Assembly: GCA_965153355.1 (NCBI GenBank) | Contig: OZ231126.1 | Coordinates: 372,001 to 436,000, forward strand | Origin: Flaccisagitta enflata | Lineage: Eukaryota | Direction of reading: 5' to 3' | DNA: 64,000 nucleotides | Shown: positions 46,284 to 61,200 of the stretch, in pieces | How the letters are laid out: every line of letters starts with the position of its first letter | How positions within the stretch are numbered: the stretch's first letter is position 1 | The notes under the pieces: generated by a model | What the model saw: only the letters and a program-made list of their open reading frames with translations | Databases searched by the model: none | Told to the model about the DNA's origin: nothing | Program-made: the position numbers and the translations under genes

Positions 46284-49200
46284 CTTGAATAAGAATGGAA
46301 AACACCCGGGGGGTGATAAAGAATGGAAATTGATACTTGCTTACAATGATGGTAATGATGGCAATGATGGCAATGATTTATCTAGGATAAGCAAAAAGTC
46401 CAAAAACTGCGATAGACGCTGTAAAAGATAGAGCTATTCGAGGTACTCAGGAGTGAAGGCTTTCCAAATCTTTCTTGTGATTTTTTTTCTATTCTTTCGC
46501 TACAATAAGACTTATAGCTTCCAAAAGAACCATCAAAGTAAAGAAAAATCGGTGACATAAATGAAGCCTTTCGAATTTGCAAGCAGGCAACGCAAATTGC
46601 ATATGTCCAGTTCAACGCGTTTAGAAGTAATTAAAAAAAAGAGTAAAATGATGTCATCAGAAGATTTTGTAAAGATGGCAAAAGTGAAAGTGCAGTATTT
46701 CAGTCAATGTTGAATAGCTTTTAAAAGCATAGAGCTAGAGGGATGCGGTTTGCGTCAATCTCTTGCAAATTTGAAGGGCTATACCCCGTGTTGGCTGGTG
46801 TCATGCTAAGCCAACTGAGGACGGGTGGAATTCGTCAATTTTACATGTTGGAAAATTGAAGAAAATCATACATCATTATGTAGCCTAGCTATTAGTACAT
46901 ATGGATCCATACTTGGATTTTCTTAAGTACGCTCATTTTTCATGCAAATTAGGCTTAAAAAGGTATTATAGGCAGTTTTATTACTAAAGAATTTAGCTAA
47001 ATACAATAAAGAAATCAATATGACAGTAAAATTCTTATTGATAACGTTCAAGCAATCATGTGTGATCATATGTTGCTAAGAAATTTTCAATTTTTTAGTT
47101 TTTTAAAAAAATCTCTATAAGTACCATTTCTGGCTGGGTGGGCTGTTGGAGAAAAATTTTTTTACCCAAGCGCTTATTCAAGCCAGTGATGAGGAACCTT
47201 TAAAGGAAGCTTCATGCAAAATTTCAACCAGATCGGACAATTATTATGGAAGTTATGCCATTTTTTAATTTTTTCATCTGGTAGGCTGGTTGATCTGGTT
47301 GGACCGCATAACATTTTTTAGGTCGATCAGAATCTAGGCAATGGACCCTTTTGGTCTAGGTATCAACCATGAAAAATTTCAATGGGCTAGCTTGAACAGT
47401 TCCTGAGATATGCCAATTTCAATTTTAAGAAATTTTACCAAATTTAGACACAAAAACATTGCGCATTTGTGTGAGAAGCGCTGTGTGGAAACAAAGAATT
47501 AACTACAATGAGCCGTCGATGAGCGTATCAATTCTGTTCACACTTCAGGACCAACAAAATGTAAAATTTCATTGTGACAAAATGCCTGAGAGTTAAGGTT
47601 TCAAATTATCAGAGGAGAATCAAAATTTCACGCTCTTTCACATGGTGTGGTCAGATTTTATGTGAATTGTTTCATTTTCACACCATAGTGGCATATTTAA
47701 AGCGTTAGGTATGCGTTAGGATCAAGTTTGGGGGTGTGCGCGAATTGATACGCTCCAAGAAAAGAACCATTTCTCTGCATAGGATCAACCCAATAACATG
47801 AAAATGGAGGGAAATGTCCTTCAAGTTGTTGTCCATCGAATTGCAAGAAAAAAAACGCTTAATGTTTAAGATAAATGAGGTTTAAAAAAATAAATATCAT
47901 AACATTCAATCTTGAGAGAAAAAAAGTAAAAAAATCGAGAAGGGGTAAATTTGATTTTTATACCATTTTTTGACAACTTATTGATTGAGTAGTGAGTTGA
48001 ATTTTTTTGTATATCCTGTGGGATTGATACTAGTTGATAAACACTCATAATATCATAAGATGCGACATTTTTTTATTGGTTTTGCTTGCTATTTCTTACA
48101 GGAGACAGAATGGAGACACGCCAAAAAGAGCTCTTTGAACAAATTTTTAGACCCTCTAGGGGTAGGGAGGGTCACAAAAAATGGTTTGAAATTGTACACT
48201 GGGTAGTTATGAATGTCTTTGAACCATTTAATTCGTTTACAATGCTGTATCTGAAGCTTGGGCCAACATAGATTGGCAGAAAGTCGGGCCCTCAAGCATG
48301 CTGTGGAACCGTGACATTTGCCTGTTCAATCTCAAAGTGGGAAAAGTAAAAAGCCTACATTCCTAAACGCAACCAGTCAGTGATTTCAAATCAATATTCT
48401 CTTGTAGTATATTTGACGTTTTTTGCATAAAAATTTCATTAGTCTAGTCTCAATAGTTTGGTCACAACATCAATTTTAAGTGAATCAAGTATATTAAACT
48501 TGAGCTAAAAAACTCTCATTTCAATCATGATAGTTTCTCTTAAAATTGCTCTAATTTCTAAACGGTTTGAGTTGCAAATGCCAGATTGGTCTCAAATAAA
48601 GGATAATTTGAAAATGTTTGCATCTGAGACCAATCTGGCAAAGGTTATCAAGCCGTTTGAGATTTAAAGGCAGAATATTGAAAGGTACTGTTGATGTAAT
48701 TGTGAGTTTTTGAGCTTCAACTGTAAATACTTGTTTTACTTCAAATTGATGTTGTGGACGAACTATTTAAGCTAGACCAATGAAATTTGTATACAAAAAA
48801 CGTCAAACATATTACTACATGAGAAAAATGATTTGGAATCACTGTCTTATTGCGTTTAAAAATGTAAGTTTTTTACTTTTCCCACTTTGAGATTGAACAC
48901 CCTGTAATTGTCTTATCAATTTTTTGATGATTGGTTGATTCTAACCTGAGATATGCATGCAAACGTACCGAAAGATTTTTCCGCTTAGATGGTAAATTTT
49001 TTTTTAAAACCCAATTTGTTTGTCTAAAACAGACGAAATCGGTTGAAAGTTCTTCTTTTTTTCAGAACTAGATTTTCATCTCTAGAGGCTCAAATAAAGT
49101 TTTTATTGGTGGATTTTCGCAGGTATAATTCCCTATAAAGCGATTGCATGATTGTTTAAATCACCACAATAGTTTGCAAAAAATGACCAAAGTTATCTGA

Positions 49201-52200
49201 CAGCCAATGGCAATGATTGAAAATGTGCGAAATAACGGTAGATGCTTGGAGGAAAAATTTTATGGCTCTCTATGGCCAAAAACTATCGGCAGTGACCCTA
49301 TGAAAAAAAGAAAGAAAATAAAAGGCTTTTTTTATTTCAAGAATTTCTCTTTAATTTCTTTGTTAACTTTGAAGTTTCGCTGCTGATGGTTTAAGGTCAC
49401 GTGGGGTCATAAATTTTGTTTTCTGGCTATCTTCCGCATATTGCGACATGCCAGCGCACTGCATTGGGTGATTGGAAAACTTAGGTTTTTAGTCGCGTGC
49501 ACGTGCCTCTACACCCTGCTTTGTCTGTCTGTCCGTCCGTTGGTTGGTCAGTTGGTCTTTCTGTCAGTCCATCACACTTTTATTTTTCAAGGTCATTCTG
49601 AGTCATCCTAAGTCATTCTAAGTCAATCTCTGAGTGTCGCACGCGACTTTTAGGTGTTGGCCTTGTTTTCTTACTAAACATAATCACCACTCACTGTGAG
49701 ATTTGTGCGAATTTGAACGCTGCACCACTGAGTAACAAGTTGAGGCAGGGATTCCAGAGCAATTTCGCCCATTTTCAAGGATGTGGCCACATATTTGATT
49801 CTGAAAAGAAGAGACACAAAACTCAAGGCTCATTTTTTACAGTAAGTTGGTCAACCTTACAGTTGAGAACAAGAGGGACGGAACAAAAGGTGGCACATAG
49901 AGTCAGACAGATCAAGAGGGTCAGATTGGTTTGGTTAAGCCAGGTTGGGTTTAGGTTAGGTCAACTGTGCTATACACCTTCTCTCCTTTTTGGGCAGCGG
50001 CCCCGAAGGGGCCGATGACCTATGCTTTCACACAGGGGAAATTTCTCCTTCACCTTCTTCTCCTCCTTCTACGTCCCCCCCCCCGGCCTTGGGACCCAAA
50101 TCCCACCTCAAGGCCATATCCCAGCCCTTTAACCCAAATTCTGGCCTAGAGGCCCAAATTTCAGCATTGAGACCCAAATTCCAACCTTAAGGCCCCAACC
50201 CCAGCTTCAAGGCTCAAACCCCAGCTTTCTGGCCCAAATCCCACACTTGAGCCCTTAATTTCATCCTCAAAGCTGAAACCCCGACCTCAAAGCTCAAATC
50301 CCAGCCTCAAAGCTCAAATCCCAGCCTCAAAGCTCAAATCCCAGTCTCAAAGCTCAAATCCCAGCCTCAAAGCTCAAATCCAGCTTCGAGGCTCAATCTC
50401 AGCCTTGAGGCTCAAATCCCAGCCTCAAGACACATACCCAAGCCTCAAAGCTCAAATCCCAGCCTCAAGGCTCAAATTCCAGCCTCAAGGCTCAAATCCC
50501 AGCCTCAAGGCCCAAATCCCAGCCTTGAGGCTCAAATCCCAGCCTTGTGGCTCAAATATCAGCTCGGGGCTCTAAATGCAGCTCCTAGGCTCATATCCCA
50601 GCCTCCAGGCCCTAATTCCAGCCTTAAGGCTCAAATAAAAACAGCATAGGTCATCGGCCCCTTTGGGGCCGCTGCCCCTCTAACCACCTCACACCAACAT
50701 ACACTCACATAGGGGCAACGGGTACCGCTGACCATCTAACGCTTTTGCGACTATTCTTCTTTACCTGAAAATGACAAAAATGAATTTAACAATTGCTTTA
50801 CACGTATTTGGTAGAATTATAGCTTTTTTCCCCGGAGTCTGCAACTAGTTCTCCTTGGAGTCTTCTTGCGGCACTCCATCTGACCCCTATGGAGTTCTAA
50901 CGGCTGACTGCCTCGCAGTTACATCTTTCACTGCATTTTTGCAGCGTCCCCGGGAAACTAAGGGCACCTTCTACAAAATTAACAACAACTGACTCAAAAG
51001 TCAAAGGCTATGGAGAATCAACTTACTACTTACCAACTGACAAACCAGCTGTTAACATGATTCTTTTGTAAGATGCTAAGAATTCTGTACTTTAGAAATT
51101 AAAAAAAAAAATGATGAAACAAAAAAAAAGAACAACAAGAGACCTATGTTTAGAAGAAATTCACATCCGGACTTACAATCAAAGACTGACAATCAAGTGC
51201 TAGGCCTAGTTACGGAACCCATGACTGCTGGAAAAGAAGACATCCTTGCACAATGCCAAAAGGCATTTACTGGGACGCTGGGGATTTGCCCAGGAGGGCC
51301 TTTGGGGCACGCCAAGACGCCCAAGGAAGATGGAATGGCCACACTTTCGAATGTGATGTCATCGGCACCAAACGGTTCTGAAATGTTTCTGTTTTACCGG
51401 TATTTGTACCGGTAGCTCGTTGTTTTTAAAATGAATTTTGTTTTTTAGTCCCGGGCACGCGACTCTATGACCCGCTTCGTAGGTCGGTCGGTCGGTCTGT
51501 CCGTCGGTCTGTAACACTTTGCTTTTTTTGTCGTTTTGCGTCATTTTATGTCATTTTAGGTTATTTCAAGTTATTTTAAGTCATATTAAGTCATTTTATG
51601 TCATTTCCAGTCATTTCAAGTCATTTTTAGTCATCTGAGTCATTTTGTCATTTTTTGTAATTTTTATCATTTTAAGTTATTATAAGTCATTTAAAGTCAT
51701 TTTAAGTCATGTTAAGTCATTTCAAGTCATTTCAAGTCATTCTAAGTCATTCTAAGTCATTATAAGTCATTATAAGTCATTCTAAGTCACTCTAAGTTAC
51801 ACTTTGGCTTTTGTAGTTTTTGTCAATTTGCATCATTTTAAGTAATCTCGAGTCATTTTTAGTCATCTCAAGTCATCTCAAGTCATTTTAAGTCATTCTT
51901 GGTCATTTTGAGCCACTTTTAGTCATTTTTTTTTCTTGAGGTCTGGTTTAAGTCTGGTTAATTTCTGGTTTATGTCTGGTTTGAGTTTTGTCAATGTCTG
52001 GTTAAAGTCTGGTTTTTGCCTGGTTTAAGTCTGGTTTAAGTCTGGTTTAAGTCTGAATTAAGTCCGGTTTAAGTCTGGTTTAAGTCTGGTTTAAGTCTGG
52101 TTTAGGTCTGGTTTAAGTCTGGTTTAAGTCTGGTTTAAGTCTGGTTTACGTCTGGTTTAGGTTTGGTTAAAGTCTGGTTTAATTCTGGTTTAAGTCTGGA

Positions 52201-55200
52201 TTAAGTCTGGTTTGAGTCTGTTTAAGTCTGGCTTTGGTCTGGTTCAGGTCTTGTTTAGATCAGATTTAAGTCTGGTTTATGTCTGGTTTACATCTGGATT
52301 GATTCTGGTTTATGTCTGGTTTAGGTCTGGTTTAGGTCTGGTTTAAGATGGTTAAAGTCTGGTTTAAGTCTGGTTTAAGTCTGGTTCAAGTCTGGTTTAA
52401 GTTTGGTTAAAGTCTTGTTTAAGTCTGGTGTAAGTCTGGTTTTAGTCTGGTTTATGTTTTGAAAAGGTTTGGTTTGAGTCTCGTTTAAGTCTGGTTTAAG
52501 TCTGGTTTATGTCTGGTTTATGTCTGGTTGAAGTCTGGTTAAGGTCTGGTTTAGGTCTGGTTGAAGTCTGGTTTAGGTCTGGTTTAGTTTTGGCTTAGGT
52601 CTGGTTTAGGTCAGATTTAGGTCTGGTTTATGTCTGGTTTAAGTCCAGAATAATTCTGGTTTAAGTCTGGTAAAATTCTGGTTTGAGTCTGGTTTAGGTC
52701 TGGTTTAGGTCTGGTTTAGGTCTGGTTTAAGTGGGGAGGGTCGGTCATTCAGAACTATCATGATTTCTAGGGTTCTATGGAGTCTAAGGACTCAATGGGC
52801 TTGATATGAATCACATTTCATGAGAAAATTCGAACTCGAGTTATCCCTCATCTGAAAACATCTGTTTTCTTGCCTCTTGGAATAGTAACAACATTTCAGC
52901 TGCTCTTGAGGAAAAATTAACAAATTTTAGAGTCTAGTGACTGACGAAAATTTCTTGTACCGATGCTAATTCCCTGATTAGCTGCTTAAAAATTCTAAGC
53001 TATGCCATTGGTTGCCACGATTTTCCCTATGTAAAGTAAAATTTATGACTCTTAACAACATATGATGCACCAACCAATGAGCGTTCATGTCATGACCCAA
53101 CAACCAATCACAGCTCAGCCTGAATGTGGCGCTAGTAGTCATGTTAGTTGGGCCACACTCAGGCTTGAGAACAACCAGCCTCATAGAAAGTGGGGACCTA
53201 ATAAATTGTATAAAACCTCCTAAGAAGGATCGCGAAAAATAGCATTGGAGTGAATTCGACAATCAATAAACAGTGGAGAATAGAAAAAACATGCCAGCTT
53301 CTTTATGATCTTACTACCAGCCACGTGGTTCTCCCAATGCTTAGCTGTCATGTTATTGAGGAATGGAGGCAGAGATTGCTGGTGTTTAGAAAAAAAACAT
53401 AAGGCTAATTACGGTCTCCCTAGTTTAAGTCTTGTTTAGGTCTGGTTTGAGTCTGGTTTAAGTCTGGTTTATGTTCGGTTTAAGTTGGTTTGAGTCTGGT
53501 TTAAGTCAGGTTTAAGTTAGGGTAAGGTCTGGTTGAAGTCTTGTTGAAGTCCGGTTTAAGTCTAGTTTAAGTGTGGTTTGAGTCAATAAAGAGATTCAAT
53601 AAGGAGTCAAGTCAATTCAGTTATTTTTGTTTCGCACGCGACTGATAGGTGTTGGCCTTGTTCGGAAAAAGAGTGCCTGCTCCTACTTTAACGATGCATA
53701 AATACAATCTCAGATATGTTGAGAGGTATAAATACCTAGGTGTCACGATTATTGCTGGAAGTTAAAGTTTCAACCTCACATTTCAAACCTGCTGCAAATA
53801 CGGTACTAAATGACATGTGCAAAAGAAAGTTAAAATATAGTTACAACTGAAAAAGCAAAAGGTACTTTATTTCTGTACAATATATGCTTCCACTCATATA
53901 CATACAAATCCAATCTTATGCTATAACCCCTAACTTTTTGGTTAAAGAAATAATTATCAGTAACCTATGGATTGGTATTTTTATACAGATATTAAGGGTT
54001 TTGTTAAAGACTTACAAAATAACTAAGCTAAGGATAAGAAATTCTAAAAGGGAGTTAAGATATAATAACCTTAATCTAGCGCTGAGTTCTGGCATTGGAT
54101 GGGTCTTCCAATTCAGCTATATTATAAGTTAAACTTAACTGAAAAATTGGAACTGAGAGGTCCATATCCCCAGTTTTTATCCTTTTCCTCAATCAAGGGG
54201 GCTGGGACATGGTGAATTTTTACTAAAGGGGTAAGGTTACCTTTTCTAGATAATTAAATCTTCTAAGAAGGTAACGAACGGGTGGTCAAAAAAAAAGTGA
54301 CTAAGCCAGCTTTTCCTAAAAACAAGTTAGAAATTTTTTTTTATAATAGGCATGGAATTTTAAGCTAAAAACGCAAAGCACCAGTGAAAGATTCGTATAA
54401 GTGAATGAGGGGCTGTCTTAACTTGCTGTGTGTATGTGGACAATGCTTGGTTCAAAGTAAAACATACTGCGCTTTTGAGTTTTAAATGTGTACTATTATC
54501 ATAAATTCCTCAATGAACAAGAGACCGCAGCTTGTTTTTAAATCCTCTGCCGCTGCTCCTGACGCTGCCGCTGCCATGTTCATATGTTTTTTGTGTTTTC
54601 TGCCTTGTGTCCCTAGAGGGCCGCTAAAACAGAGATCAAGAGGAAAGCAAAAGAACAACTCTTGCCAAAATTCTTTATAGATGATGACAAAGGCACAGGC
54701 GCTTTATGATTTTCGATATAACAAGGTGAAATTGGCGTCTAAACCGAAAGTTAAGACAGCTTATGGCCCGCCGAGGTGCCCTGAATCCTGGGATTCTCGC
54801 CATATTGGATGCCTATTTATAAGTTGATATTTTGAAAATGAAGTGAAATATATTAAAAAAATCAATTTTTTAAATTTTCTTAAACAAATACCTACATAAA
54901 TACACAAAAGTAAAATGTTTGCATAAATTAGTGATAACATAGATAATCAATTGTTTTTAGGAAACACATATGTTAATTAGGTCCAGTCTGAAATAAACAC
55001 AATTATTCATAAGCCACTAAGCTTTGATTTAAGAGATTTGAATAAAAAAGAAAAGTAAGTTTTTCAGAAGTATCTTTTGTTTTCTTGTTTGTTTGTTTTT
55101 ATATGATTTTAGTCAGGTTTTTTACCAGCTTTTGAGTCATCCTTAACTATAAATAGTGAATCCATGAAAAAAATTCTAATTTTCACGCAAAAAATTATTG

Positions 55201-58200
55201 CAAAAATCAAGGCGGTCCAAAATCAAATTAAGTTTATTGTAAATAACTTGAAATTTATAGAAAATTTACAAAAATCACAATAATAAAAAAAATTCTCCTG
55301 CACCATATCTTTTTAGCTAGAAGAAAAGTTTTGCTCAAAATGTTTTTTTACAAAACATATGAGAAAACAAAAAAGTAACTTTTTTTTTGACCACCCGTTA
55401 TATCATGGGATGATAGGTCTCCATGAAGGGTAAAAAGTAAATGTCCATATAGCGCTATAAATAGAAAAAGAAATATTTTTTAAACTTAGAAAAATTGATC
55501 ATCAGTTGGAGACCTGTATCCTTTTGAGTTTTGCACCTTTAACTCCAATACCCAGATACAGGTGGTGCGCATCAAAAGGTGCCCTCCACTGAATGTATCC
55601 ATCTGAAAAAAGCCATCGGAACAAATTCTCATGAAAAGTTATATGCTACGTGTATCCCTCACCTAACTTATGCATCTGATGTCATTTTTTACGCTGCTGC
55701 TCAAATGCAGCCATTGAATGATACATTGAATGACTGTTATCGTTGTATTTTCACATACAAAAGGTGGGAGAGCGTTCGCTAATTACGCTTTTCATCTGGG
55801 TATTCATCTTTGATAAGAATTTTTGAATCTCGCTCTCGCAGGTTTTTGAAGCAGCTTTCAAAGCTTGGAAACACTACTTTGGAATGCTTGTACAATCTCT
55901 ACAATCAACGCAACTGATTGTTGCTTTTCCCTTTGTCCTTTTTTCCAAAGTAGTTTACAGTCGATGAATGTTGTTGTATGGTCTGTCGCCAATGACGAAT
56001 GAAAGATATTAGGAAATTGGTTGGTTCCCTGACATCCGTTATTGCGGGGTTCAACTCATTGGTGTAGGACAAGGGACATCCAGGCCACCCATGGACGGCC
56101 CTGTCTGTTGGGCTGGAAAGTCTGTCGGGCTGCAACCAGTAAAGAAATTAATAAGAAGGAAAGGAAGAAGAGAAAAAGATAAAAAAAAGGAGTAAAAGAA
56201 GAGAAAACATGAGAGAATAAAATAAGAAAAGTTGTTTTTGATTTCTAAGAGCTAGCTTGAGTATAAAGAGGCTTAGAAAATGGAATAAAAGCATAGTCAA
56301 GGTTTATTATATTGAGCTTGAAGTTACTGTCGGGCTTGAAAATGGCTTAGATGTCCCCGAGGTTTTTGCTCCCCTACACCGATGAGTTGGTTCAACTGTT
56401 TCAACTATAAACAGTTCTTGGGGGCATTTCTTGTCAAAGACAATAGCGTTTTGAACGGGTCACTCGGTCGCTTGCTACGTTCATTCACTCGCACCGCTCA
56501 CTCCGCTCACGAGTTCCACAGCGCTCCGCTTTGCTACGCTTGCTTCACTCGCTCGCTCCATTCACGGGCTTTCTCGCTCACTCCCTCAGTTTAAATTCTT
56601 GAATATGTGTTTACGCTGAAAATGTGTTCAATGGGAACAAACGCATTTTTGGTTGCCAGTAGAAACACGCCCTTACTCAGCAACTTGTTCAAAGATGTCA
56701 TCTCCAGTTAGGCGAAGAATGAGAAATGCGGCAAATATGTAAAGAACGACTATAACTATAACTATAACTATAACTATACCTTTAACTATAACTATAACTA
56801 TAACTATAACTATTACTATAACTATAACTATAAACAGTTCTTAATTTGTAACTTGTTCGAAGATGTCATCTCCAGTTGGGCAAAGAATGAGAAATGCGGC
56901 AAATATGTAAAGAACGACTATAACTATAGCTATATCTATAACTATAACTATAACTATAACTATAACTATAAATATAAACAGTTCTTACTTTGCAACTTGT
57001 TCAAAGATGTTATCTCCAGTTGGGAATAGAATGAGAAATACGGCAAATATGAAAAGAATGACTATAACTATAATCGTAACTATAAATGTATAACTATAAC
57101 TATAACTATAAACAGATCTTACTTCGCAACTTGTTCAAAGATGTCATCTCCAGTTGGGCAAAGAATGAGAAATGCGGCAAATATGTAAAGAATGACTATA
57201 ACTATAACTATAACTTTGACTTTAAATATAACTATAGCTATAACTGTAACTATAACTATAACTATAGATATAACTATAACTATAAACAGTTCTTACTTTG
57301 CAACTTGTTCAAAGATGTTATCTCCAGTTGGGCGAAGAATGAGAAACGCAGCAAATATGTAAAGAATGACTATAACTATAACTATAACTTTTACTATAAC
57401 TATAAAGAGTTCTTACTTTGCAACTTGTTCAAAGATGTCATCTCCAGTTGGGCGGAGAATGAGAAATGCGGCAAATATGTAAAGAATGACTATAACTATA
57501 ACTATAACTATAACTATAACTACAGTCGAACCCCGCTCTAACGGATTTCAGGGGACCGACAATTTTCTTCTGTTATAGGCGGACTTCTGTTATTGCCAAC
57601 AGAGGAAATAAAAGAAATCAACTTGATGGGACCGTGAATTTGCATCTGTTATAGGCGGAATTCCGTAGGTGGCGGGTCCGTTAGAGCGGGGTTCATCTGT
57701 ATGACTATAACTATAACTATAACTATAACTATAACCAGACATGTCACGATACTATCGTCTGGGCGATTTATCGGGTCGATTTCTATATTTCTAGATAATC
57801 TTCCTGATTCACCAAAACACAAATGTATCGGGTCGATTTTTCGCCTTTTTTCCGGCACTAAGAAACGGCATGTTTGTTAGTGTTTGATACCAAAGCAATG
57901 GAAAAAACAAAGCAAAATCGCTGACCATTTTGAAGCTCTGCAAAATATCTTTCAGATGAGACCTTGCTGGACGTCTTAGCTTTATCTGTTTAGAAATGAC
58001 ATTAGGATTAAGACACATCCTCATATACTTAAATATTTATAGTGAGGGATATTGTTCCACTTTTCACAGAAACTAAATGCATTGAGTTGGAAATTCGTTC
58101 TTGGCGCCATTTAAAAAAAAATTCAAAGCTCTTTTTATTTTGATCATGGATATCATGTACTCTTTTCAGCTATGTTGTATCATTAGGATAATCATTATGA

Positions 58201-61200
58201 CTAGAATTACGTGTAGGGAGAAACACCAAAATTTGCATTTTAAGTTGCAAACACGCAAGTCAATAAAAGCCGTTGTCCGTCTGTTGGTCCATTGGTCCGT
58301 TGATCCGTGAACACGAGTCAAAAAGTGTGAGAAAGCACATTTTTCGCCCTTGCCTACCTGCAACTGGTATTGGCTGTGTTTCCGACCTTGTTTCAATCAG
58401 TGATGTTTTTCTTTAATCCTTTGCCATTTCTAAACGACTAAATTTACCAAGACCAGCAATGTTGCATTTGGAAGTTTTTTCGAAGATCTTTAAAATGACC
58501 TTGCCCATTGTTCTACCCCTTGATATGACTTATTAGAATGCCCTTTGTATGAGAGATGCCTGTAGTGAGTTGTTATTGTAACAAGGCTGGATACACGGCT
58601 ACCAAAGTCATGTGCAGGTGGGCAGGGGCCATATTTGAGGTCACTAGACCATCAACGCAGGAGCAGTGAGGTCAAAGAAATAAAATCATAAAAACAGTAT
58701 CGACCGGCCGACCAACTGACCGACCAACAAAGAGGGTTGTAGAGTCGCGTGCACGCGACTATAAAACATCTCCCACTAAAAACGGCACTGCCGTGCGGCT
58801 TTTTGCTTCAAAATGATTCTGAAAACTGATCTGGAATTCTGACACAAAGGCGCACAGGTCTAGTAAATGCTGTACACATCGCGCCAGTGTAAAATTGAAG
58901 ATACCAGAACGTTAAAAAGAATAAATCCTTTTAATGTAGAAATATTGTGGATTGTAGTCTTTTTTTTTTTTTTGCTGTAGAAATATTACGGATTGTAGTC
59001 ACAAAAAAATAAACCCAATCATCTGGCAGGTACGTACTTTGCCATCTATTACAAACAAAATTTGCCCTTATTAAAATAATTTAATAATGACAAAACATAA
59101 CGTTCCAAGGTTGTATAACATGACATGAACAAGGCCGGATACACGGCTACCTCAGTCGCGTGCGGGTGGGCAGGGGCCGTATTTGAGGTCACTTGGTCAC
59201 TTGGGCAGGAGCAGTGAGGCCATAGACCGCAAAAACCCAAAAAAAGTCGAGTGTGACGGACGGACCGACGGACCGACGGACGGACGGACCGACAAAGCGG
59301 GGTGTAGAGTCGCGTAGCACGCGACTAAAAATGTTCTTGAAACTGATCAACTGCCTCATTTTCCCCGTTCTTTTAATGCTTGTTGGTAAAACTTAAATAG
59401 TTATTTTTCAAATTTTCTTTACTGTCTGAAATGCTGTTATATTATCCAAGTGGCAAAAAATCGACCTGCGGTCGATACTAAGTCGATTCTTTTTTTGGGA
59501 TCGACCATGATTCGATCGACCTGGTCGATACTAAAAAATAAAAAATCGTGACACCTATGACTATAACTATAACTATAGACAGTTCTTACTTGCAACTTGT
59601 TCAAAGATGTCATCTCCAGTTGGGCGAAGAATTAGAAATGCGGCAAATATGTAAAGAATGACTATAACTATAACTATAACTAGTAACCAGTCACGTAACT
59701 CGCCCATGTGTTTGAAATCTATCGTTGAAAAGCTTCTTTTTCTCGCGTGAAAATAAGTTTAATGTACATGTCTTATCTGATGATTGCATTTTTTTTAACA
59801 GTGTATATGTATAATTAGACACATGTATGCCATTATACACCATGGACATTCAGGAAATGTAGATAAAAGCGATGAAAAACAAGCAACGCAATCCAGAGAA
59901 AATGCTGAAAACTCTTTCAACTTTGAGCATACAGAAGGGGGTCTCAATTTATTTCTGTCTGCGCCTTTCAAACATATATGATAGAGGACATCAAATGCTG
60001 TCTGGAACTGTTTTCAAAAAATATTTTCTCCGATGCAAACCCTTTCTACCAATCGCATCTTTCCATAGCAAGAAAGCATAAAAACAACTAAGCAAGTAAA
60101 CAGTTTCAGAAGGGAGTAAGCGGAAAGAGCGATTTTAAGAACCCAGTATCTATTTAATCATCATTGTCTAATTTGTACAAAAATTGAACCCGGTTAATAT
60201 TCTATTGAACACATACTTTTTTAATGTTTAATAAAGCCTTTTTCGAAGAAATCATCCTAAAAAGTGATATAGAATTTTTAGGCATCATCTCTGTACTATA
60301 ACTATAACTTTAACTAAAACTTTAAACAGTTCTTACTTTGCAACTTGTTCAAAGATGTCATCTCCAGTTGGGCGAAGAATGAGAAATGCGGCAAATATGT
60401 AAAGCATGACTATAACTGTAACTATAACTATAACTATGACTATAACCAGTTCTTACTTTGCAACTTGTTCAAAGATATCATCTCCAGTTAGGCAAAGAAT
60501 GCAAAATGCGCCGAATATAAAAAGCATGACTATAACTGTAACTATAACTATAACTATGACTACAACCAGTTCTTACTTTGCAACTTGTTCAAAGATGTTG
60601 TCTCCAATTGGGCGAAGAATGATATATGCGGCAAATATGTAAAGAACAACTGGGGCCATAAGAAAAGGCGCCGTGATCAAAGCGATGATTCTTAGCCCCA
60701 TAGGCAATGGGGCGAGATGGGTATGTCCAACTGAAGTAGGGAATAGTAAAGCCATATCCATCAGGGTGGGGTTTGGGAGGTCATAGGTGCCATAAGCTTA
60801 TGTAATTCTACAAATTACCTCCATTTATTACAATAAAAAGATTAACCAAATCTCATGACCATCTGACAAGTCCCTGACAGGGCCACCACCCCCCCCCCAT
60901 TTTTTAAGGGCAAAAAGGTTTACAAAAATTTGTTCCCATTGAATCCTATGATGATTGAAGGGGGGTGGCTGTCCTATCAGAAACATGTCAGAAGGTCATG
61001 AAACTGGGTATATCTTTTTATCATAACATATGGAGGTAGTATGTAGAATTGCATAGGTTTCTGAGACCTAAGACTTTGTTACCCCCACCCTGATATCCAT
61101 AATCAAGATTCTTAAAATCAATACTTTTTGGGCAGCAACCCCAGAGGGGACGAAGTCTTTTAGACTTTCGTTTGTCCATCTTGTAGACTTTCGTTTGTCC

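Larger units (their letters stand above)
56403..60576 (-). repeat. Exon-derived satellite: nine copies of the last 73 nt of Xkr exon 2 plus donor, separated by (GTTATA)n
   Basis: Copies at 56677-56749, 56845-56917, 56989-57061, 57123-57195, 57297-57369, 57417-57489, 59590-59661, 60337-60409 and 60457-60529 align to 60577-60649. Confidence 0.9.

Noticed and set aside
46344-46418. Extra mini-exon just upstream of Xkr exon 4
   Set aside because: It has AG and GT sites, but the frame joining exon 4 contains TAA, and exon 3 already splices to exon 4 in phase.
50820-51415. GC-richer segments as additional Xkr exons or a separate gene (ORF 51146-51415)
   Set aside because: The phase 2 frames hit stops at once, no motif is recognisable, and the Xkr model is complete without them.
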